This document shows positions 17,374 through 28,281 of a DNA stretch of 64,000 nucleotides, piece after piece (position 1 is the first letter of the stretch; the number at the start of each line of letters is the position of its first letter). The notes under the pieces were generated by a model. It was not told where the DNA came from and searched no databases. It saw nothing but the letters and a program-made list of their open reading frames with translations. The position numbers and the translations under genes are program-made. This stretch comes from a virus. Where the stretch lies: positions 588 to 64,587 of IMG/VR virus record IMGVR_UViG_3300001278_000001, one strand, 5' to 3'.

Positions 17374-18072
17374 ATGGATAAAAAAAAGATATATACCTAC
17401 CTATTTACTGATGGTAAGTATTATAAGATAGGTAGAAGTAAAGATCCCAAAAAAAGATTATATGCTTTTAAGACAGGTAATATAAATTGTGAATTGGTTT
17501 GTTTTGGATTAGGTGTTTCTGAGAGGGAGCTACATAAAACATATTCTGATAAACGCGTAAATGGGGAATGGTTTGCTTTAGACACTAATGATGTAATGGT
17601 TATATCCTCCAAAATACAGTCAAGTGAAATAATCGGAGTTAATGATTATTCAAATAGTGTAGAGGAGGATTATCGTAAATTCATAGAATCTTACAAAAGT
17701 AAAAAATGGCATAAGTCATACTCTCTTCATAATTCAGACCTTTACACCTATTCTAGCAATAAGGGTAAATTCGGAATGTCTAATCTTCTTTTAGATTTAT
17801 TGGTTAATGATTACACACCTATTGGCTGTAGATTATTCTTATCTATTGTAAATAAACTGGAACAATCTTATGATTTTGAAAAAAGCGCAGTGGTGTATTT
17901 GAAATATCCACTTTTTAAAGACACTTGTAGTGTGAATGTTTTCAGTCTTAATTTAAAAAAATTCATTTCGGATAAATTGCTGATAGAAACTCCAAAGAAA
18001 AAATACTATATAGTTAACCCTATGTATATTAATAAATTCTTCAAAGAAAAAATAGATAAGAAAAATGAATAA
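17374..18072 (+). CDS. T5orf172/GIY-YIG-like domain fused to a RepL-like winged-helix domain
   Basis: YKIGRSKDPKKRL...ERELHKTYSDKRVNGEWF; C-term KYYIVNPMY. Confidence 0.72.
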   Translation: MDKKKIYTYLFTDGKYYKIGRSKDPKKRLYAFKTGNINCELVCFGLGVSERELHKTYSDKRVNGEWFALDTNDVMVISSKIQSSEIIGVNDYSNSVEEDYRKFIESYKSKKWHKSYSLHNSDLYTYSSNKGKFGMSNLLLDLLVNDYTPIGCRLFLSIVNKLEQSYDFEKSAVVYLKYPLFKDTCSVNVFSLNLKKFISDKLLIETPKKKYYIVNPMYINKFFKEKIDKKNE

Positions 18073-18073
18073 A

Positions 18074-18107
18074 TTCACATTTAAAGTGAAAAAATTCCGT
18101 ATGTTTG
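18074..18107 (+). promoter_or_regulatory. Palindrome TTCAC-ATTTAAA-GTGAA plus TATGTTTG promoter
   Basis: Direct reading; TAnnTTTG at 18100-18107. Confidence 0.5.
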
Positions 18108-18132
18108 TATTAGAGAAATAAAACACTTTGTA

Positions 18133-20002
18133 ATGAAAAATAAAACGAAATGCCTAACGGCATTATTACCTTTTGACCTTACTGGCTATTCTGAGAAGGA
18201 TAAAACTAGATATAAGCTAGAGTCGGTGAATATCTACGATAAACCTAGTTGGCATAAAATTCCTGATTTTGAATTTCAGTTATGTCCTTCTACGGTAGAC
18301 CACACGATAAAACCTTTGGTTCGTCCTATGTGTGATTTAATGATCCCTATTACTGTAGATGGAAAAACCTTCACTCCGATTAAAGAAATGTTTCGCGCAA
18401 TAGATCCCACCGATTATATTGACTTTGAGTATTTCACTAATAAAGAAATTGATTTGTTGATGGACACTTGTCAACTTCAAATAGATGATAACTGGAATCA
18501 TGTGCTTTCAATAAAATCTATTGATAATCCTATAAACGAATTATCTTTTTGCGTTAGCACGAATAGGGTTGAATTGTTTTTCGATAATGAAGAGTTTAGT
18601 TTTTGTATTTCACATCAAAAAAAATTATTTGAAATGATGCGAAGTTGGCATCTCGATTTAGATGGAATGATTGAATCAGGAGATGCGTATAATATTAATT
18701 TAATAAAATAAATATGTCAGATTCTTTAAAACATTTCAACCCAAAATATTTTACAGTTCTTGAGGTTTTGGATGGCAAAAAAGATAGTGTTAGTGTATAT
18801 ATTGTTACTGATAATTCAGTAGACTATTTTATAGAAAATTACAAAACTCAATATTCAGGGAATAAAAAAGACCCTAAGTGTATAGGTATTTGGAGAATTA
18901 AAAAAATGAAAAAATGAAAAACTCAAAAGACTTCTTGCGAAGTAAAGGTATTAAGGACACATTGATGATTAATGGTCAATGGGAGAAAGAAGGTTTATCT
19001 GCATTGTTAGATGAATTTGCTAATCAGGAAAATGACATTAATTACCCCGATGATTATGATGTTCTTAAGGAGTGGATATATGAGGGGGCGTCTGTTTGGA
19101 CTAGAAGCATGGTGGGTTTTGCTGTAAAGGTATCTATTGTTACTATTGATTGGGAAGAAAAAGAAGTAGTGGCTAATAATGGAGATCAATCAGGAGTGTT
19201 AGATTTCTATTCTTTATACAGATCTGAATTTGATTGTCCAACAAGATAGTTTTATGCGGAAAAAGACTAAATACAAAAACACTTACGAACGCTTTGTTTT
19301 TAATAATAGGTGGAGAATACCTATTTGGAATAGGAGTGAAAACTGGTGTATAGTTGGATTTGGGAGGAGATCTTTCAGCCCTACAGAATTTGAATATTAT
19401 ATTAATTTTTTTGGACTAGATTTTAGATTTTGGTTCACTAGAGAAGTAAAACTTAGGAAAATATGAATACAGAAATAATATCTGCCACTAAAGGAGATTC
19501 TAAAGACACAATAGATAGTCTAATAGAATATTTAAAAGAATGTAAGTCTAAAGGGGCTACCCACTACAAAATGAGATGGAGTGGAGATCCAATGTGGGCT
19601 TTTAAATGGTTTGAAACTTTTAGGATCAAAAGTGATGAAGAGGTTAGGCAAGAAAAAATAGCTTCGCTAAAGGAAGAATTAAAAGGATTAGAGGAGGAGT
19701 GATTTATGGAAGAGGACTTAATAAATATTCTGTGGGATGTTAAGGAGCAAAAAAAGCATCCGAATATAGCTTTTAAGGAGATTTTAGCATTGGTCAAAAA
19801 ACCATCAAGTCCAAAAAAATTAAGAAAATATGACTTAGTGGATATTAAGTGTTTGGAATCTGATAGGCTTCATGCTCCTTTTGAAACTATTGAAGCTGAG
19901 TCAGTACCTCATGCAAAGTCTATTTATCACATGATGTATCCGCAATATAAATATATTGATATACGGTGTCGTATCAGCAGAAAAGGGAGTTTCGATTTGT
20001 AG
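18133..20002 (+). CDS. Six hypothetical ORFs (18133-18711, 18714-18917, 18914-19249, 19230-19466, 19463-19702, 19706-20002)
   Basis: ORF track, overlapping chain. Confidence 0.6.
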
Positions 20003-20007
20003 GATAA

Positions 20008-20652
<645 letters not shown>

Positions 20653-20656
20653 TGCA

Positions 20657-20992
20657 ATGTGTGGAGAAATAGAAATTGGAAAATGTACTGTTTGTGGGGA
20701 ATCAAAATCTGTACAAAGAAAATATTACAGATATGATATAAACTGTGATTGTTGTTCAAACCAACACTTTGAAATAGTCTACCATTGCAGTTCTTGTGAT
20801 GCAAAACCTCCTAAAACTGCAACTGTACATATTAATCCTTTGAATCCTCCTCATTTAAAGCAAAAAAACATGGAGTTGAAATCAAAAAAAGCTAAGCATT
20901 TAAAATCTTTGGGTTATAGTATTCGAGAAATTGCAAGCATAATGAAATACAAATCTCCAAAAAGTGTTCAGGATTTATTAAACAGAAGTTAA
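20657..20992 (+). CDS. Zn-ribbon plus C-terminal HTH protein
   Basis: CTVC, CDCC, CSSC; LGYSIREIASIMKYKSPKSVQDLL. Confidence 0.55.
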   Translation: MCGEIEIGKCTVCGESKSVQRKYYRYDINCDCCSNQHFEIVYHCSSCDAKPPKTATVHINPLNPPHLKQKNMELKSKKAKHLKSLGYSIREIASIMKYKSPKSVQDLLNRS

Positions 20993-20994
20993 TT

Positions 20995-21303
20995 ATGAAA
21001 AAGATAATAATTTTTTTAGCAGAAATATCAGGAGTTTCAGATGATATAAGATCTGAATGCCTAAAAGAAGCGGGTCAAAATATGCAACAATACGCTCACT
21101 GGTTTACAGGAGGTTTAATGGTTGATGGTCATAAGTATGACATATCAAACATATTGTATGAATACCCTAAAAAATGTCTAAATAACGGAAGATCTCATCT
21201 TTTTGGATCTCAATTTACTCAGTTAAGACAGTATTTATGGGATTTAAGTAATGATAAAAAATCAATTATTGTAGAATTAAATAAAAGTAATGATGGAAAG
21301 TAA
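20995..21303 (+). CDS. Hypothetical protein
   Basis: ORF track. Confidence 0.55.
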   Translation: MKKIIIFLAEISGVSDDIRSECLKEAGQNMQQYAHWFTGGLMVDGHKYDISNILYEYPKKCLNNGRSHLFGSQFTQLRQYLWDLSNDKKSIIVELNKSNDGK

Positions 21304-21682
21304 AAAGCCGTGGGGGTTTTGCGAAACTCCCGAAGAGAAATGCACAATGAATTATTGTGATGAAAACGGATGTCAAAACAGAAAAAGAAACCTTGTTCCT
21401 ACAGAAGATTTGTTTCCTAAAAAAATTAAGTTATCTAAAAGCTTAGCTAAAATGGTTAAGCTTATGTCTGACAATTTAGGAGAAGAGTTTCCTAAAGTTA
21501 AGTTGTTCAATTGTATTAAAGGGAATGAGTGTGTAACTGAGTTAGACTACTTTCAAAGTAGATCCTTTGATGTGCATTTAAGTAGAATTCGAAAATTCAT
21601 TAAGCAGGAGGGTAAATATGAATTAGTGAAGTCAGGATGGTCTAGTAAATCTAAATTTAAGTTAGTGGATAAGAATGAATAG
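21290..21682 (+). CDS. Cys-rich N-term plus OmpR/PhoB-like winged-helix fragment
   Basis: RSFDVHLSRIRKFI resembles the Trans_reg_C recognition helix. Confidence 0.5.
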   Translation: MMESKKPWGFCETPEEKCTMNYCDENGCQNRKRNLVPTEDLFPKKIKLSKSLAKMVKLMSDNLGEEFPKVKLFNCIKGNECVTELDYFQSRSFDVHLSRIRKFIKQEGKYELVKSGWSSKSKFKLVDKNE

Positions 21683-22109
21683 ATCCCACCAAAATGATAT
21701 AGATCGAGAATATAGAGAATTTATAGAGAAGTATAAGCAGGATAAATATCACAAGTCATATTCGTTATCAAATGTTGATTTGTATTCTTACTCAAGTAAC
21801 AAAGGTAAATTTGGCATAGCCAACTTACTTATTGATATTTTGATTTCTGATTATTCTCCTATAGAATCAAAACTATTCTTGGCTATAATTAACACTTTAA
21901 AACAATCGTATGACTTTGAAGAGAGTGCGGTAGTTTATTTAAAACACTCTATTTACAGTAAAGTTTGTAGTGTTAATATTTTTTCAGGAGCTATAAAGAA
22001 ATTAGTTAAGGATAAGCTTTTAGTTCCCACGCCAAAAAACAAAAAGTACATTGTTAATCCTCTGTACGTAAATAAATTCTTTAAAGAAAAAAAAGACAAA
22101 CCAAAATAA
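21675..22109 (+). CDS. RepL-like winged-helix protein, paralog of the C-term of 17374-18072
   Basis: About two-thirds identical ungapped over ~127 aa (hand count 84/127). Confidence 0.7.
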   Translation: MNRSHQNDIDREYREFIEKYKQDKYHKSYSLSNVDLYSYSSNKGKFGIANLLIDILISDYSPIESKLFLAIINTLKQSYDFEESAVVYLKHSIYSKVCSVNIFSGAIKKLVKDKLLVPTPKNKKYIVNPLYVNKFFKEKKDKPK

Positions 22110-22119
22110 AACCTAAAAG

Positions 22120-23194
22120 ATGAAAACAATTATCAATTACATTATTATCGCACTTTTATTTATATATCTTTCTGATATTGAGATTACATGGAAACCTTTT
22201 AAGATCCAATTAAATGGATGGAGAAGGTTGTTAGGTTGGGGGTTTATGATATCATCTATTCTTATGCTATCCTACGAAAATTCAAAAGAAGATTATTTTA
22301 AAGGATATAAAAAAGGAATGGATCGTGGTTGGGATGAAGCCTTAGATCATATTCGAAAAAAGACAGATATATTAATAGAAAAACACGAACTCAATAAATG
22401 TAAAGGCATTGAAGTAATTGATCCTGAAATTATTAAAACTAAAACAGCTTAAATATGAAAAATATTCCACCTGATGTTTTGATCTTAATAATGAAGGGAT
22501 CTATGGGTATTCCTGTAGATTCAGAGTTTTATGAAAATTGTTTGAAGAAATATCCTGAGTATTTCAAAGAAGAAATACAACAAAGAAAAAACTGGGAATC
22601 TGTACCTAAAATAGTACACGACCAATATAGGTTTGATGTTGAACAACTTTTAAAGAGGGATGAATATAAAATTCCTGATAATGGAAAGGGGATTATGTAT
22701 TGGATGGAAAATCTAAGTGAATTCAGTGAACACTTAAATAGGGTTCATATAATTAAAGAATCTATAAATAAGGAAAAAAAGAAAATACATTTAAAGCATT
22801 ATTCCAAGTATAAAGTAAAATTCATTAGTTGGATCTAAAAAATATATAAATGGACGACGACACATTTAGAGAAAACACAATTTTAAAGCTCAATAGAGAA
22901 TTTGGGAAAGATGAATTAGTTGCAGTGCTTAATAAGAAGGTATCTGAAAAGTCAATACTAGTGGATCAACTGGAATCCGAAGTAGATCATTTGAATTCTG
23001 TTATTTCTTCTATGAAAAAGTATTTTGAAAAAGAAGATGCGAGATCTGCTAGAATTCAAATGAAAAAAGAAAAGCTTTACAAGGATCAACAATCATTACT
23101 AAGTTCAAGAACTAGAGATCTAAAAAATTACAGAAAAATGCACAGTGCATTAATAACCGAAAACCTTAAACTTAAAGGTGAATTAAACAAATAA
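22120..23194 (+). CDS. Three hypothetical ORFs (22120-22452 two-TM membrane protein, 22455-22838, 22850-23194 coiled coil)
   Basis: ORF track; hydrophobic segments in the first. Confidence 0.6.
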
Positions 23195-23197
23195 ATT

Positions 23198-23431
23198 ATG
23201 GAAAGTAATACTGAACGATTAATCAAGATTTTATTAAAAGACAATTTTGGCGTAGAGCAGGAGGTCAAAAATGAAAGCAAATTTAAAGATGATCTAGGAA
23301 TAGATTCTTTAGATTACGTAGAACTACTTATGGAAGTAGAGTCTAAATTAGGGGTGCAAATACCTGATGCCGAGTCTGATAATATAGTAACTTACGGTCA
23401 ATTTGTAACATTGGTTAATAAGTATAGTTAG
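23198..23431 (+). CDS. acpP: Acyl carrier protein
   Basis: Acidic 77 aa with DDLGIDSLDYVELLMEVE...IPD, including the phosphopantetheinylation Ser in DSL. Confidence 0.92.
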   Translation: MESNTERLIKILLKDNFGVEQEVKNESKFKDDLGIDSLDYVELLMEVESKLGVQIPDAESDNIVTYGQFVTLVNKYS

Positions 23432-23561
23432 ATTATAATATTTTATAATATCCGATATTATAATTATTGTATATTTACAGTGAGTTAATAGTTAGTTTTT
23501 TTACGCCTACTTATATTCCGATTCTATATTTAGGCGTAATTTTTTTTAAAATAAAACTCCA

Positions 23562-24087
23562 ATGATTCAAGAATATGTAATTTGCTTTTTGCAGGAGAAT
23601 GGATCGTATTTAGCTGTATCATTGTTAATGGTAGTTGTTGCTTACGTTTTTATATTCTCAAAAAATATATGCAGTAAATGTGGTCACAATGAAGTATCTC
23701 ATTCTCACACTGAAATAATAGGAAGTGTTGAAATGGAGGTGTATAAGTGTGCAAACTGCGGAAATAAATACTTATAAAATTATGAAATCTAAATTAGACA
23801 TATTGGTTTTTCAATTTATATACTTATGGTTTTTAGTTCTATGTTACGTTGAATGTCTTTTTTAAAAGACTCTTTTGTATATTGTAGATATTTTTAAATT
23901 CATAATTATGTTAGATCCATTAAAAAGAAAAAAAGCCAAACCGCCAAATAAGAAAGAAATTGAGCTTGAAGTTAATTCAGTTTTGTCAGGTATTGGCACT
24001 ACTAGAAAAAGCACAATAAGTGCTTCGGAAAAAATGAGAAGAGAGAGATCTGCTAGATCTTTCGTTAATGCAAATAAAAGGAGGTAA
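23562..24087 (+). CDS. Small ORFs (23562-23777 TM plus Zn-ribbon; 23875-24087 basic)
   Basis: ORF track; CSKCGH...CANCG. Confidence 0.5.
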
Positions 24088-24100
24088 AAAATCATCTATT

Positions 24101-24137
24101 AAAAAAGGTCTTAATTATTTATTAAGACCTTTTTTTT
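24101..24137. terminator. Bidirectional intrinsic terminator at the convergence of the two arms
   Basis: AAAAAAGGTCTTAAT-TATTT-ATTAAGACCTTTTTT. Confidence 0.85.
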
Positions 24138-24382
24138 ATTTTTAAAAATTTAAAAAAAATCGGCTGTCTTTTTAATTACAACCGATTTTCAGCAATCATC
24201 AACACGATTTAACAACACTATTTTTTTTAGTTAAACTTTAGTATAAACAACACCTTTTTCTACAATATATTTATCAGGATATTTAGTCCACTTACAAGGA
24301 CACTCTGATTTTCCTAAAACCTTAAAGAATTTTCCTCTTAATTTTCCGTCTCTGCTGTAAAAATCTTTATTTGTTGGCATAA

Positions 24383-24646
24383 TTAAATTATATATTTAAG
24401 CATTTTATCTGATGGATCTATTAAATGTATAGGGTAATTAGATATTGGATTAATTGAACATCTAATATTTTTTTCCTCTTGTAGGGAATTTGAAATAACA
24501 ATTCCTTTAGTAAAAGCCATTTCCATTAATGATTCCTTTATGTATCTATACTTTCTTTTTCTTTCTAATAGTTTAATGGCTGAATCACAAGCATTTTGAA
24601 TTGATTCATTGTTTACTCCATTTTCAAAAAAAATACTATAATCCAT
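24383..24646 (-). CDS. Hypothetical protein
   Basis: ORF track. Confidence 0.55.
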   Translation of the reverse strand: MDYSIFFENGVNNESIQNACDSAIKLLERKRKYRYIKESLMEMAFTKGIVISNSLQEEKNIRCSINPISNYPIHLIDPSDKMLKYII

Positions 24647-24647
24647 A

Positions 24648-25295
24648 TTACCAATATTTTACCTTCAACTTCTTTTGAAGTTCATTTACTTTTTCTCTAT
24701 ATTCATCTGCAATTTGTCTATAAAAAACAGAACTGGCATTTATTGTTGACCTTGACAAGGATTCAATTTTAATAACTTGTTCTTCTCCAATTTCGTGAGA
24801 CAAGTGAACTCTGAATTCTGCTTGTTTTCCATTGTGTTTAGTGTCTCCATTACAAGTTTTGCATTGAGTCCTACAGTTATTTTCGTGATACCTAGTTGCT
24901 TTATGCTCACGTTTCATGTAGTGACCATTGTCAGTTTCTTTTATTGGTTTATCTCTTCCACAAGTGTAACAGGTGCAAAATCCATTAACACTATTTTTTA
25001 GCCTTATATACCTACTGAAATAAGTATCTGCTAATTTCATAGCTCCTGATATGTTTAATTCTCTTTTAGCTTCTCTGTATTTAGCTTTATTTTCTTTGGC
25101 TACATCTTTTTTAGCCTTTGGTATTATTCTTTTGTTTAGAAACTCGTTACTCCTATCTGATTGGAGCCATAATTTAAAGCATCCACAAGATTTCCCTATA
25201 CCAAATTGCCTGTCGGACATTGGCACTAATTCTCCACAACCTAATCCATAGGTGTACTTATGCGTTCCTTTACACTTTTTAAGTTTATCTTTCAA
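24648..25295 (-). CDS. ninG: NinG/Rap-like recombination endonuclease
   Basis: ADTYFSRYIRLK...CTCYTCG...DNGHYMKR...ATRYHENNCRTQCKTCN. Confidence 0.85.
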   Translation of the reverse strand: MKDKLKKCKGTHKYTYGLGCGELVPMSDRQFGIGKSCGCFKLWLQSDRSNEFLNKRIIPKAKKDVAKENKAKYREAKRELNISGAMKLADTYFSRYIRLKNSVNGFCTCYTCGRDKPIKETDNGHYMKREHKATRYHENNCRTQCKTCNGDTKHNGKQAEFRVHLSHEIGEEQVIKIESLSRSTINASSVFYRQIADEYREKVNELQKKLKVKYW

Positions 25296-25409
25296 TTTTA
25301 ATGTTTAAAAAATAAAAAAACAATGCATAAGAAAATAAACCAATCATCAGAATTAGAAATCATTGATAATGATATTATGATTAATGTCCATGTAAAAAAG
25401 TATATAATG

Positions 25410-25859
25410 TTATTTTTCATCTTGAATATTTTTTAAAACCAATTTCCAAAAATTAAGTTTATGTATTTTACCTCTACCTTTTACAGATCCTAATACTTCA
25501 ATTATTTGATTGCAACACTTTATAGCCATTTCATTATTAATTATAGAGGTGTTAGAATCATCATAAAAAACACCAATTAATTCTTTTGCTTTTTCTTTTG
25601 CTTTTTCTTCTGTAGGTGTCATTTTTACTAATTTAATATAGTGAGTAATATCTTTTTCTAGCCAATCCACTAATTTCAATAGAGTTCCTACTTTTAACTC
25701 ATGCGCTTCACCTTTACTAAGTCTCCAAAAAGTAGCCCTTGATATTCCTATTTTTTCAGTTAGATACTTTTGAGGTTTTTCTATTTTAATTAATCTTATT
25801 AAAATATCCTTATGTATCTTCTTCGTGTCTAGGTATGATACTTTTCCGAGTTGTTTCAT
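25410..25859 (-). CDS. Cro/C1-type HTH protein with C-terminal extension
   Basis: QKYLTEKIGISRATFWRL...KVGTLLKLVDWL. Confidence 0.65.
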   Translation of the reverse strand: MKQLGKVSYLDTKKIHKDILIRLIKIEKPQKYLTEKIGISRATFWRLSKGEAHELKVGTLLKLVDWLEKDITHYIKLVKMTPTEEKAKEKAKELIGVFYDDSNTSIINNEMAIKCCNQIIEVLGSVKGRGKIHKLNFWKLVLKNIQDEK

Positions 25860-25868
25860 TTTTTAATG

Positions 25869-26249
25869 TTAAAAAGGCAGGTCGTCCTCCTCATCTTGGT
25901 TTCCACTTGCAGGTTCAAAAGCGTCAGCAGGTGGAACAGGAGGTGGGTTATATGGTTGCTGAGGTTGTCCTGATTGAACAGCTTCAATACGCCAACCTTG
26001 AATAGTATTGAAGTATTTAGTTTCGCCCTGAGGAGAAACCCACTCTCTACCTCTTAGATTAATTCCAATTTTTACTTTTTGACCAACTTTATAACCATCT
26101 AAAATATCACATTTATCCTGTACAAATTGTATGCTAATATGTTGAGGGTATTGCTCTTCTGTAGTTACTACAATATCTCTTTTTCTAAAACCGTTGTCTC
26201 CGACTGTTTCAGTTTGACCTACTAATTTCACTTGTCCTTCTACTTCCAT
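25869..26249 (-). CDS. DUF3127 family SSB-like protein (Bacteroidota type)
   Basis: FRKRDIVVTTEEQYPQHISIQF...INLRGREW...KYFNTIQGWRI and acidic tail EDDLPF. Confidence 0.88.
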   Translation of the reverse strand: MEVEGQVKLVGQTETVGDNGFRKRDIVVTTEEQYPQHISIQFVQDKCDILDGYKVGQKVKIGINLRGREWVSPQGETKYFNTIQGWRIEAVQSGQPQQPYNPPPVPPADAFEPASGNQDEEDDLPF

Positions 26250-26260
26250 TGTTTTTTTAT

Positions 26261-26683
26261 TTAAGCTCCTGTGCTTCCGAAAGAACCTGATCCTCTATCT
26301 GATTTTTGAAGATTGGTTACTGGTATGAAATTTATTTTCGGAACAGGCATTATAATTAATTGTGCGACTCTATCTCCCACATTATATTCATCAAGATCAT
26401 CAACATAATCAAAAACAGCGGAAATCTCACCTCTATACCCACTATCAATAACACCAACGCAGTTCGCTAAAGTCATACCACTTTTATAGCAACTAGAACG
26501 AGGAAAAACATATCCAACAAAGCCTTTAGGTATTTCTAAAGCTAGACCGAAACCATACTTAAATACGTCTTTTTCGGCATCGTAGTTTTTGCTTATAGCT
26601 ACCAAGTCCATTCCCGCATCACCATCTACTTGATATGATGGAATTACAGCATTTTCAGATAACTTCTTAATCTTAACATCCAT
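26261..26683 (-). CDS. dut: Trimeric dUTPase
   Basis: AGMDL, FPRSS, GVIDSGYRGEI, RVAQL and RGSGSFGSTG motifs. Confidence 0.95.
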   Translation of the reverse strand: MDVKIKKLSENAVIPSYQVDGDAGMDLVAISKNYDAEKDVFKYGFGLALEIPKGFVGYVFPRSSCYKSGMTLANCVGVIDSGYRGEISAVFDYVDDLDEYNVGDRVAQLIIMPVPKINFIPVTNLQKSDRGSGSFGSTGA

Positions 26684-26684
26684 A

Positions 26685-27038
26685 TTATTTTTGAGTTTTT
26701 AGTTTGTCTATAATAATAAGTTTTCCTCTAACATTAGGCTTCGAGGAAAGAAAATCCTTAGAAACAATCATTGCTACTCCATTTTGAGACTTGTAAACTA
26801 AAAATACAATTCCATCCATATTACAAACAATGTCATTAGCCTTTAGAGATCCTTTATAATAAGATATTCTAAAAAGATACTGAGACAAGTCCTTTACCTC
26901 AAGTCTAAATATCTTAGCTATCAATAGTTTGAACTTGCTGTATTTGGACTCTCCTGATTCGGTTCTAGTTTTGGTTAGTTCAGAATTTCGAACAATAACA
27001 CTTTTGTTTTTTTGGGTTGGTTTTTTTTGATATGCCAT
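26685..27038 (-). CDS. Hypothetical protein
   Basis: ORF track. Confidence 0.55.
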   Translation of the reverse strand: MAYQKKPTQKNKSVIVRNSELTKTRTESGESKYSKFKLLIAKIFRLEVKDLSQYLFRISYYKGSLKANDIVCNMDGIVFLVYKSQNGVAMIVSKDFLSSKPNVRGKLIIIDKLKTQK

Positions 27039-27232
27039 TATTTATTTTTTTTAATTTTCATCTGTTTCCTAACAGAATAAACAAACCAATTTGATCTGTT
27101 TCTGTTTGTTTCTTCCTTGTTGTCTGCAACGAATTTATCCATGACTTCTAGAAAATCATCAGGAACAGATATACTTATATTGGATGTTTTTGCTTTCATT
27201 TCATACTGCAATTGAGATTCAAATATATACAT
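27038..27232 (-). CDS. Ribbon-helix-helix (CopG/Arc-like) regulator
   Basis: SNISISVPDDFLEVMDKFV...NRSNWFVYSVRKQM. Confidence 0.7.
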   Translation of the reverse strand: MYIFESQLQYEMKAKTSNISISVPDDFLEVMDKFVADNKEETNRNRSNWFVYSVRKQMKIKKNK

Positions 27233-27341
27233 AAATTATAATACAAAATAATATTTTATAATATAATTTACGAAATATTATTATTTTTTTGATTTTTGCT
27301 ATCTTTGTTACTAATCATATTTTTAATTTAATTTTTTCATT

Positions 27342-28281
27342 ATGGAAGAAAAGAAATTGGCTCTTAACGCAGAGCTACAGACGCTATTGGCAAGAATAGC
27401 AGAGCTAAAAGAAAGTGGAGGTCAACGAGACTTGTTTTACGCTTTTATTTATTTTAAACAAGCTAAAGCTATTCAAGCAGAACTTATTTGTATTTCTGAG
27501 TTTGAAGAGTTTGAAGGTGAATTTGGAGGAGAAGGTCTTCAAATTGTTGTAGGTGATGGACGGGTAGATCAGTCTTCGCAAGGATAAAGATTAATGAAAA
27601 ATGGAATTATTAAATATGGCTTTTTGATAGATGGTGGGAAGATCTACGACACAAAGATTCAGGCGTATAAACTTGAGAAGCAATTTTCTGTAAATAATTT
27701 AATTTACACAATGAAACCTAGTTTATACAAAAGACTTTATGAGTTTGAGATATTGCTTCTTTTCTATTCAATAGATAAGGTTTTTGAGTTGCTTAATTTC
27801 AATTCAAAGTTGAAGAAAAACCGTCTATCAGAAGTTATGTTAAAATTAAATAAGCTTCACTACATATCTAATATGTCAACTATATACAATTACCCTCCTA
27901 TATATCTTACACAGAAGAGGTTTACTGTATATAAGGTTTGTCAAAAACTAAAAAAAAGAATAGATTATAATGAAAAATAAAACACCTCTAACTTGTATTA
28001 AAATTGAATTCACTAAGTTTTCAATAAAGTATTTTTTTAACAAATCTATTTTGGACAAAGGCAATTTTTCTTGGTGTTGTCCTCCTGATGTAGTGGATAA
28101 AGATTTGATTCCTAAAAACAATATAATATCTAGGAATTCAAATTTTGTGGTATATACACCTAGTAACGTAACACCTGAGTTCTATCAATCTATTTTTGAT
28201 GAAACAATAAGAAATGTTTCAGAATATGAAATTGAAAGAAATCACATTTACAACATAGGAGATGTTGTTGGGTTTATATAG
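27342..28281 (+). CDS. Three hypothetical ORFs (27342-27587, 27594-27980, 27970-28281) behind a TATCTTTG promoter at 27300-27307
   Basis: ORF track; TAnnTTTG match. Confidence 0.55.
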
